DNA from: Monocercomonoides exilis PA203
Taxonomy: Eukaryota > Protista > Preaxostyla
DNA: 64,000 nucleotides
Assembly: GCA_001643675.2 (NCBI GenBank)
Contig: LSRY02000023.1
Location: 806,001 to 870,000, forward strand
Direction of reading: 5' to 3'
Positions 12,701 through 21,079 of the stretch are shown here, in pieces (within the stretch, counting starts at the first letter, position 1; the number at the start of each line of letters is the position of its first letter). Under the pieces are notes generated by a model that worked only from the letters and a program-made list of their open reading frames with translations, did no database searches and was not told where the DNA came from. The translations under genes were made by a program, and so were the position numbers.

Positions 12701-15512
12701 CATCATCATTTCCTCGGATTTCATGTTTCTGTCCCGCAAAGGCCAATTCATCACTCATCGCAATCATTCCATTCACGGTGACTTTCTTTGTTCCTGTCAA
12801 CCGTGTGAGGGAGTGCTTCATTGTCAGGCAAGGGAATTGGACTATTCCACAATGTGAGTGATCGGATGCCTCCGAATCACTCACATATATTTCTTCTGGG
12901 GTGGGAAGAAGATAGATGCACAGAGGGATGACAACGCTCGTGTTTCCATTGTCATATCCTTGCACTTTGTCAAAAGAATCCAAAGAGACAGTGACGCATG
13001 TGATTTTTTGTGACTTTGAAGTCACTTCCAGATTTGGTGAAATGGCAAAAATATCATTCCCCCACTTGGCTGTGTTTGTGCCAAAGGAGGAAGAAATCAG
13101 GAAATCTGGATTGTCGTTCATCAATCGAAGAAGAATTCCTCCCCCAAGACCATTGGATGTTGAGCAATAGCATCCATCAAAAGATCCGCCTTTCACTTTC
13201 ACTTCATTTCCATTCCCAACACATAGCATCATTGATCCTCCATTTTCTGATGTTCTGCTTCCACACCCCAAAAATGAGCAAGAGTCCAGATCGATGTTTG
13301 CCTTGTCATTCGAAAACGACATCACAGCTGCTCCACTGTTTGTTCTCTCAATCCCATCAAAGGTGCATTCAGAAAGAGTCAATGAAATCTCATTTGTTGA
13401 AGAAAGCGAAATCAACGAAGTTGAAGAGATAGTCTGTGCCCAGTTCACATTATTCATCTGAAAGATACCATTCTGAACATTTATCAGTTCTGTGGTGAAT
13501 ACTGTTTGTGCGGAGTGTCCGCTTCCAGCAGATATGTTTAGCGCACTTATCCTCAGCTCTCCTGCTCCAGTAATCTCAAACAGCCTTGACCCACGATTAT
13601 TTGAATGATCCGAGTCATGCACAAAAATAAGGTCACTGACAATCAAGGTTCCTGTCGAGACAGAAAAAAGAGATAAATCTGATTCTTCAAATTCTGTCTG
13701 GATTGCTGTGCTCATATCACTTTGGCCATATATTGTGTAAGTGTTGGAACTGCAGTCCACACTCTTGGACTCTTTGATTGTTCCTGTGAGTATCTCGATG
13801 TCAGTCACATGGTTAGGAATAAGTTGAGACAAACAATGGCTGATGGTGTTGCATGGATAGCTTTTATCCAATCCACAAGTATATGTGTCTTTGGCATTAG
13901 GTTCTGTATGCACCGAGGAGACAAATCTGATTCTTCCCGCATCATTTCGAAGCCATTCGCTTTTGTCCACAATTTTTGAATAATCCAAGCTAACTCTGTT
14001 TTCAGTTTCCCTGGTCGAGAAGCAGGTGGAATCAATATTATTTGTTGCAGATCCTTGAAGAACAATGTCATGTCCTCCTTTCTCACATGTGTTATTGTGG
14101 AAAAAGCAATAGAAAAATAATATTCCATCATTGTTTGTATTTATATGTTGGCTTATGGCGCCTCCTCCGCTCAAAGAATAACAATTGCAGAAATGACAAT
14201 TTGAAATAACAACTTTATCCGTTGGATTGAAATGCATAATTGCTCCTCCCTCGCCATCGCCTGTTCCATTTGATTGGCAGTGATCAAAAAATGAATTAAT
14301 TACACATTTTTTCTGTCTTTGAGTTTTTGTTTCACGAATATCAACTGCACCACCATCGTCACCAGAAGAGCAGTTGTTGAACAAGCAATCATCGACAATT
14401 GGTTGGACGCAAATGCTTTCAATCAGTATCCCTCCACCTTCATAATCTGAATTTTTTGCTGCACATGTACATTGAACAAACGTTGTATGGGTCACAATGC
14501 ACTCTGCAATTTTCAATGCATATATTCCTCCCCCTTTTGTCGAGGAAGCATTGCATCTCGTGAAAGAACAATTCTCAACAGCCAGAATTGCAGTTGAATT
14601 ATCATGAACATAAAGAGCTCCTCCTTGGGGTGCTGTGCAGTCAACCCATTCGCACAACGAAAACGATTGGCCTTCTGTTGTGTCCATTCGTTGTTTTCTT
14701 TCAAGATCATTCATTTCTCTCTTCCCAAAGTTTGTTGTTGTGTTTTTGCAGATAAACTCTTGTGAAGAATAGGATCCACTCGAGATCCCTCCTTCAAAGG
14801 CATTCACACACGAATAAATGAGGCAGTTCTCCATTAAACTCAGAAAACATGAATGCTCCGCAAAATGACCGCTATTCGTGTTATATTTCACAGACATGTT
14901 CCTGAAGGCACAATTAATAATCTGTTCACTTTGGCTCTTTCCAGACAATAGAAAATAGTCTGATGATGAGACAACCAGATCAGCAATGATGAAATTTCTC
15001 AAAATGATAGAATTCTTGTGATCAGATGAAAATATGAGACTTCCAGAATAAATATTCATTTGAGGAATCACACTCATGTTTACCATGTTGATTGATCCGC
15101 TTTGAAGATGAAAAGGAGAATCTGACTTTTGGTGGGAAATACAGGAGTCCATCATCAGAGTTGAGTATTCTGTTATAAGCACACATGGCGAGGAAGAATG
15201 TTCAAGTGCCACATTTTTCAGTCCAACTGAAGAATTGTAGAATCCAAAAAATGCATTTATCACTATTGAAATTCCTGACTGCTGTCTTTCTGCTCCAGAT
15301 AATACACTTCGTTCACACAAATTATAATCATTGTTATTTGTGGGATAATGCTCATCTTGTTCAATGATTCGATCCGGATCAATGATGAAATTGTGATTAT
15401 CACGATTTCTGCCAAAATCTTCATATCTTGATGAAGGAACTCCAATGAACCTTTGACATTTGAACACGGCCACAAGAAGCAAGTGTGCAAATAAAAACAT
15501 GTGCAAGCTCAT
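7758..15512 (-). CDS. Giant surface receptor-like protein (signal peptide, beta-helix-like ectodomain, TM, pseudokinase), 2584 aa, intronless
   Basis: Hydrophobic N-terminus MSLHMFLFAHLLLVAVF, GGA(L/I)/FxxN repeats, and a C-terminal ~660 aa identical to the 3..5912 protein. Confidence 0.9.
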   Translation of the reverse strand: MSLHMFLFAHLLLVAVFKCQRFIGVPSSRYEDFGRNRDNHNFIIDPDRIIEQDEHYPTNNNDYNLCERSVLSGAERQQSGISIVINAFFGFYNSSVGLKNVALEHSSSPCVLITEYSTLMMDSCISHQKSDSPFHLQSGSINMVNMSVIPQMNIYSGSLIFSSDHKNSIILRNFIIADLVVSSSDYFLLSGKSQSEQIINCAFRNMSVKYNTNSGHFAEHSCFLSLMENCLIYSCVNAFEGGISSGSYSSQEFICKNTTTNFGKREMNDLERKQRMDTTEGQSFSLCEWVDCTAPQGGALYVHDNSTAILAVENCSFTRCNASSTKGGGIYALKIAECIVTHTTFVQCTCAAKNSDYEGGGILIESICVQPIVDDCLFNNCSSGDDGGAVDIRETKTQRQKKCVINSFFDHCQSNGTGDGEGGAIMHFNPTDKVVISNCHFCNCYSLSGGGAISQHINTNNDGILFFYCFFHNNTCEKGGHDIVLQGSATNNIDSTCFSTRETENRVSLDYSKIVDKSEWLRNDAGRIRFVSSVHTEPNAKDTYTCGLDKSYPCNTISHCLSQLIPNHVTDIEILTGTIKESKSVDCSSNTYTIYGQSDMSTAIQTEFEESDLSLFSVSTGTLIVSDLIFVHDSDHSNNRGSRLFEITGAGELRISALNISAGSGHSAQTVFTTELINVQNGIFQMNNVNWAQTISSTSLISLSSTNEISLTLSECTFDGIERTNSGAAVMSFSNDKANIDLDSCSFLGCGSRTSENGGSMMLCVGNGNEVKVKGGSFDGCYCSTSNGLGGGILLRLMNDNPDFLISSSFGTNTAKWGNDIFAISPNLEVTSKSQKITCVTVSLDSFDKVQGYDNGNTSVVIPLCIYLLPTPEEIYVSDSEASDHSHCGIVQFPCLTMKHSLTRLTGTKKVTVNGMIAMSDELAFAGQKHEIRGNDDESGWIVSDANSTSNSSMITASVETVLSKLIFSLPSSLSSHSTFVSSSSHLTLSHCSLSLQNPSLELTFVFLIVESGILTIDKFSALSIDLSTSPLISLSGSGTKAELMSTKWLNMTNCRFTEIERTDGSGGCVSIDNSHDEDTNTQINIEECEFDECSVLAEGSRGGAVNAQLKGNIQLNIISCTFTGCTAPAGEGKIGFGGGMALKLIDDYSTLVISSPVFDFDKPNIAIYGNDLFVESFNLTKSITNASLPFVSENLADISLNSMRGFDGDDTTNAIPLVYFWRTFGSEIFIGGEGCDVCVCGLSDYPCQSIDYSLSKIQGRNEKNINIIGKGVLQKSVDVSGISVKSDESSMCSLECLSSVEGAEEAAMKTQGITNLELIRFVIPSSFSRGVNVLIHVGSSEGLLTLKDCSFTKNEESREETMNYGLIKADGGTVQLDIVSMQSLSFSKDVISVLSTTILNIRNLTMKNIELDGSSGLSISKSSRRENNEIEHDVVIGWSVFEEVAQNTTDNIPIIRNENDVEPLKIEIRNTAMKKCGGTRCGKGGAMFNVLNEEGKFDCSFCTISGCFCSTAGRGGWLFLECASVTEHPLKFVLSNITFKDNTASKGRDVYVRCHSIEKQIVDEQFLLDFRAPFVKDLAVWGCTTDSFEGEEDLLLRVVKYLSETIFVSSVSENHKNSKQCGEFSMPCQSLDVGVQHIIPSSYSQLLISKETVIVGECEAMDLIIRSLQSSSAALVHLNSTININEGNLITTSETVRIEKLKFDFGQSFSYSGSSIIHEASGQLSLSSIDFSSAGESKGIQFVILNSTLLNIENGILHVDNCSVLFLSFKKPSFLFSGKEISLTNVKLEHMESTINVFDITDCKEVVFNGVSADGVSLSEGCVFSMNEKTSGSVSVGSSSFNNCSRNSEGASILSVSSSSAQIVLSNCTCTNCVSLSEKGSVMKLLDSKDFSMSLCLFDGEFEDENENENRNEFKEMCRWNGSVVDVQSSNALMKDTTISNSKKGGLSLSGGSVEIYDGRFENNNPSMVNYGSARRNILCGDSGRLRVVSLKGGDGVLPNTSLWILDEGCTLEGIAGERESPFFIPRVESVSSEKSGEVVDVVFRGSVLLPCNLSFKTVAAVGDEEVVEKYSFDESGFISEEEVHGSVPVKTVEGVASEAEMSVCILFGSADSPSATDSFILKNRSESKTSGDERIAEGGKKERSIWPIIVIVLVVILLIVLIVSIIVTIRWRKAKNENEDLREIVNDNIKKDPKLIEMMTMEMSPEEQWRRAEREAEKKNEEKIKKRMYAKSLGHSESSEHLLSESGSTEYILGRDSDKIPEWMLEKVDEKEEEEETRKRSSSPSISSTCSTDSDSTFVRGEDLCPTTSSMSNLVDAMACSSPHEKLIVDLRDSLFMLLHGRNEKKEMAIGSLRQREQTAAQILFWVANGALHSFDEMENPLSSLANLSPHIVLFSEHMVIAIATHSDCSSDDSDSSSVFSSTVVTSASDDDDDESDSLPSSAFEDEEDNRYECLRWKAPELLMNRKMGATKESVAFSIGMMLWECLTLQIPFGEYEAEMAGKKIKDGERPKTLVGCESSLGEVASKGMAQKAEERPGLEDLKREFFMRFPEGAIVFTMSDAVDLVGELSKKYSADEKKGDE

Positions 15513-17901
15513 CCCCAGAAATTTATTCAGGTTTCGCTGAAAAAGAAAAAAATATGTGTTTCATATTTGATCAAAGTGCAAAATTAAAACATCAAATTCA
15601 GACCATGAAGAAAGAAAGAATGAGAAATACCTGTCGTTTGAATTGAAACGTTTGCCTTTTCACAAAATTAATTCAATTCAATGTTCTATCTATTTTCCAT
15701 CGCATCCATCTTTATCTTCGAATCCAATGCTGTTTCTTTTTTCATTTATTATTCCTTGTGTTCTGTCTAAATCAAGCTTCTTTTCAGTTGATGGCGGTCA
15801 TTTCATCTGTATGGCTGTCTTTTCGTCAAAACTTCTGAACAGAAAAGAACAGAACAAAAGAAGATTTTGACGAATCCATCGGTTGAGTGGCATTCACAAA
15901 ATATTCCCTTCAAAAAAAGAATGAAGATTCTTCAACGCTGCTCAGAAGAAAGAATCGATTTCAGCAGATCACTTTCGTTGTTGTCAAATATTCCGTTCAA
16001 ATGGGAGATGACATTTCCTGTTTTTTTCCACACAAAGCTGAATGTGAAGCAGAAAGGAAGAACGCGGAAATGGAGAGCGGAGATAGACAGCGAAGGTCTG
16101 ATGCAATGATGCGCTCACCCCCAGATTGTTGAGGATATTCTCTCCATTTTCACTTTTTCTGAAAACAGACAATTTGAGATCAATCAAAGAACAAAGGAGA
16201 AAGGACAAAAAAGACATTCTGCCATTCAACATGAAAAAACACACCATTCATTTGAAACGAGTCATCATCATCACTTTGGCCAGTTTTCTCAAGTTCTCTG
16301 AATCTATTTGCCTGTTCTGAAATTCTTGTTGAGAAAAAACAGAAATTTCAATGACTTATTATCTTGAAAAAGAAATGGAACAGAAAGACTGAACATAGGA
16401 TTTTCAAACTCGAAGGTTCATTTCAAAAGAATTGATTTCATTGAGACATATTGAGCAGCAGAGATACAAGTTTGGAACAAGAAAATCGCAAATGCAAGCC
16501 TTTGAAATTGGCTGATGTGTTCTTGTTGATTGTTCGTGTATTGCGCGATAAATATACAGTTTGTGAAGTCACTGGGCTTTTGAAGATAATTGAACAATCG
16601 AAAGAAGCTTCTGATTTGCAGTTTCTTCGCTTTGAAAAATTTATTCAAATGAATTTTTTTGTTGGGGAAGAAGAAAAATACGAAGATGCAAATTCCGGCA
16701 AATGTTCAGTGTCTTTCCCCTGCTTCAAATAGCCAATTCGCAATAGAGCGAATATCCGAACGCAAGGAGCAGGTTTGCTCCTCAATAATGAGTATTGGTC
16801 ACGATTTATGGGCGGTTTAAGATCTAACTTCGCCAATACTCAAATTCAAAGTAGACCCAAATTGTCCGCAACAAAAAGAAGCAACAGCCTGTGACAAAAA
16901 ATACAGAGACGGCGATGGAAAGGAATTAGATCTATTTTTGAAACAAAAAAGAATGAAAAATTATCATCGAAGAATTTGCATGGATCAAAGTGCGAAATAC
17001 ATCATTCGAAACAAAGACTGCGTACAGCTGATAAAACAGAAAGGAAAGCCGTGCATTATAATTATTGTAAATATTTCCGCGTTATACTGCGAGTCAATTT
17101 CAGAAATTAAAACCACGAAAAATAGTGAAACATTTTGATAGAATAAAGATATGATAATTTTTCGACTTCAAAATAGAATAAAACTACACATTATTTTGCT
17201 TATTTATTAGGAGTAAGAACTGCCTATTGAAGCGAGATATAGTTAAATAATGAAATCGCAAGATGTTGCAAGAATTTAAAAAGATAGATCCACAAATTGC
17301 AGAGAGATTATTTTGGAGGAAGAACTTTCTATCAATGTGGAGATAATTAATTGAAATAATTAATACAAAATAGAAGAGATATATTCAAACAATGCTGTGA
17401 TATACAAATGAAAACAAAACCAACGACAAACTGCAGAATATTGTGTGAATTAATTAGGAAGAAGATTCGCTCATATCCACGAAATAATATATAATAACAG
17501 AAGCCACGATATTTCATCAGATACTTAAACAAAACGAAGATATGAATGATAATTGACTTTTAAAAGAATGAAACAACAAATATCGTAAGAATTTATTAGG
17601 AACAAGATCCGCGAAGTGTATCAAGATACAGTTAAATTTTAAATATAAATAAAAATAATAAATCGCTTGATGTTACTAGAATTAATGAGAATAAATGCAC
17701 ACATTGCAGCGAGATTACCATTGAGGAAAGATTAAATTACAATAAAGAGATAATTACATATAATACTGCTGCGAATTTGCTTAAGATAGTTACATAACAA
17801 TAATTATTCGATAATTCGCGATATTGAGAAAGCCATATACGTATTTGTTTTATTGCTAGATGATATCACAAGAATAGTGATAAAAGACGCGCAATGATAA
17901 G

Positions 17902-17911
17902 ATATATATAT

Positions 17912-17967
<56 letters not shown>
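17902..17967. repeat. (TA)n microsatellite
   Basis: Direct reading. Confidence 0.95.
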
Positions 17968-17968
<1 letters not shown>

Positions 17969-17971
17969 AGA

Positions 17972-18170
17972 AAGCCGCGCTATGCCGCGAGACAGAGAGA
18001 GAAGAGAGAGCCGCGCTTTGCCGCGAGACAGAGAGAGAAGAGAGAGCCGCGCTATGCCGCGAGACAGAGAGAGAAGAGAGAGCCGCGCTTTGCCGCGAGA
18101 CAGAGAGAGAAGAGAGAGCCGCGCTTCGCCGCGAGACAGAGAGAGAAGAGAGAGCCGCGTTTTGCCGCGA
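17972..18170 (+). repeat. 36-bp tandem repeat, ~5 copies (gccgcgagacagagagagaagagagagccgcgctt)
   Basis: 12-aa periodicity PRDRERRESRA(L/M) in the ORF track. Confidence 0.9.
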
Positions 18171-19669
18171 GATCATGATTTGTTTTATAGATTGAAAAGC
18201 CGCGCCTTGTCGCAAGATCATGATTTTATTAAATGAAAGAAGAATTGAGAAGTGAAGCGAGAGAGGGATAAATAGAGAATTTACGAAATATCAAAAGAAG
18301 ATTATTCAGGAAACGAGATACACAATTACGCGAGATACTGATAAATACAGTGACGAAATATTTATATTTATATAATATAAGAATATTTGTAATAATCGAT
18401 ACATATATTACAGCGATATTTTAATTAATGGATAATTTCATTACAGTTACAAGATAATTATTTGAAATGAAGCTGTGCCTATTCGAGAGAGAGTTACAAA
18501 GAATCAAACCGAGTTCGATCTCAAGATCATGAGATAAGAGAGAGAATAGGAAGACGTGCTTTACCACGAGACTAAGAGACGAGAGAGTAACCGCGTTCAA
18601 TACCGAGACTTTGAGAAGAGATAGAGCAGTGAACGGCGTTTCGCAGCAAAATGACGATAGAGATAGAAAGCTCAGTAAACCGATTGACTTTTGCTAAGGA
18701 AATATAGACAAGTTGTGTTACGACACAATATTAAACTGAAAGAGAGAAATATCATAAATTAAGAATTGGAAATGTTACGTTTCATTATAAGAGAAATTAT
18801 CACATAAGGGAAACCGCTAAATATTACTGGACTGAGAGAAAAGAGAAATTTGTGGATTGTCGCGAGATAATAGTGGAGCAACAAAAAACTGATGATCGAA
18901 AAAGTTAATATGAAGAGAGAACCGAGTTTGCTGTGAGAAAAGGAGAGAAAGAAATTGAGAGAAATGGCGATTTGATAATACTATAAGAAACAGTACATAA
19001 TTACGAGATATGTGCAGACACTGTAACCGCGAAACTTTTTGAGAAGACTGAAGAAGTGAAATCCGCAGAGAATCGCGAGGAGAATATTGAGCATGAGATC
19101 GCGGTAGACCGCGAGAGGAGGATACATAAGGAAGCCGCATAGTGCAGCGTAATGAAAATTGAAGAAGATTCTGCATTTCTCAGCTAAAAATGCTGATAGA
19201 CGCACTCAGCCGGACTTAGATAAAACTGGACTATGCACCGAAAGCGTAAAAAGTGGCAGAGATATTTCAAACAATCGCACCGAGAAGACTATATGTTGAT
19301 AATCGCACACCAGATTGATCAGGTGCCCTGCCAAACTATTTGTAAACTACACTCTCTGAGAAGGAAGAGAAAGAGAGAATAGTCTAGAAATGAGATCGTA
19401 CCAGTCCGTTATTGAGAAACATTGGATTGACCTCTAAAGAGATGAGAAAAGAAGGCTAGAAGATACCTTCATGAGAGGTCAGAAGTATTAGACTGGAGAG
19501 GAGAATATCTTAGGAAGGACATCTTTCAAACATGGGGAGAATAAGTTGGAGTGAAGGATATATCAGCAGCAGGGGATTCGTAGAGAGCGCTGCAATAATT
19601 AAAACTATTATTTGATAGAGAAAGAATCGATAAAACAGACCCCCTCATAGAAAAGATGCTAAGTGAATT

Positions 19670-20420
19670 ATGGCAGAGTTCACTGAAACACTTTCGAATA
19701 CTAACCTATCAAGTGGAGTGATTCATCAGACAGAACAGAAAGTTCTGGATTCTATTAACCTCTTCAGAAAGACTAAGGTTGACGTGAAAGACATAGAGAT
19801 ATTTCTTAAAACCTATGTGGGGGAGAAACCAAGAAGAGGCAATCGATACAAATCGATGTGGGACTTGACAATCATCACGAAATGGGCAGAAGCCACTCAC
19901 GATATGAAAGACCCACAGACCCTCCAAAGGAGAGCTCTCATCCTGACTATGATCTTTGGAGCTGTAAGGCCAGCAGAGCTGGAAGGATGAGAAGAGAGAC
20001 TACGATATTCAAAGAGGATTTAGTCCAGACACAAGTGCGAACGAAAACATCAGGGGGAGAGACTGTAAAGGTTATTATTAATAAGCATCCAAATCCACGC
20101 ATCGATGCGGTGGTAGCGCTCCAACGTTGGATGGGTTATACGAAGACAACCTTTAGAGACGAACATGTGTGGTTCGATATAGAAGAGGGCTGGATTGTTA
20201 ATTTGCAGAAAATCAAAGAGGAATTAGTCACTATCCTGAAAGAGAATGGAATATCCGACACATTCACCGTGTACACGATAAGATAATCTGTGATTACACA
20301 CTTTGCAAGACAACAAGATGCAGATTGGAAAGCAATCAATGCATATGCGAGATGCACGCCAGGTTCAAGAGTGGCCCAGGAATATTACACAGTTTTTCAA
20401 GTTCAAGATATGGAATTAAT
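19670..20420 (+). pseudogene. Tyrosine recombinase pseudogene of element 1
   Basis: GAVRPAEL, RTKTS, YTIR*, AYARC...EYY are collinear with 25138-26211. There is a 1-bp deletion near 19985 and a TAA at ~20284. Confidence 0.85.
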
Positions 20421-20983
20421 CCTGGAAACAATCGGTAACCAGGACCCCTAACGGGAGAAGAAGGAAGGTCGGAGAAGGACAGAAAAAGGAAGGAAATGAA
20501 AATCGAGAAAGGAAAATTAGAGATGAAAGATTTCACCAAAAATATACTAGAAGCTGGGAGAAAAGAAGATATGAATGAAGGAAAGAAGTTAAAGAAAGGA
20601 GACTCGTTGCTTAGAGAAGAGAGAAAGCTAAGAGAAATAACTTGGTTACAGAACGCCTCATCCCGACCACCCTAACGTTGGAGAACACCCCTCATAGTTC
20701 CCAGCAGCGTTTGCGAGCTGACTGGATGCAAATACACTGCCTCACAGAGAAAGAAGAGCACAGACCGGATGAAGAGTGGTGTGAAAAGTCTTGGTTCGAT
20801 GTTAAAGAATTCAAGTGAAACGAATACCCGATCGAGAACACCCCGAAAGCATTCCAAGAAAGGGAGGGAGAAGAGACAAGGGTAGCACCTTCATCCGCAG
20901 TCCCTCTGTTCATCCGCCGCACGACAAGGTGCTAGGCCGGAGGGTTTAAGATCAGAGGAGAGAAGAGAACGAGGGATTTCAAA

Positions 20984-21079
20984 ACTCATTATTGAGGAGC
21001 AAACCTGCTCCTTGCGTTCGGATATTCGCTCTATTGCGAATTGATAGAACGCAGTGAGCAGGATTTGCTCCGAAATAAT
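20984..21079 (+). other. Internal complementary region (ICR) of element 1
   Basis: Reverse complement of the left terminus fused through TTG (21041-21043) to the reverse complement of the right terminus. Confidence 0.95.

Noticed and set aside
15520-16730. Short ORFs upstream of the receptor gene (also 21740-22640)
   Set aside because: No recognisable protein motifs, and conservation is explained by the segmental duplication.
17972-18170. 36-bp repeats as a CRISPR array
   Set aside because: Head-to-tail units with no unique spacers, no cas genes, eukaryotic context.
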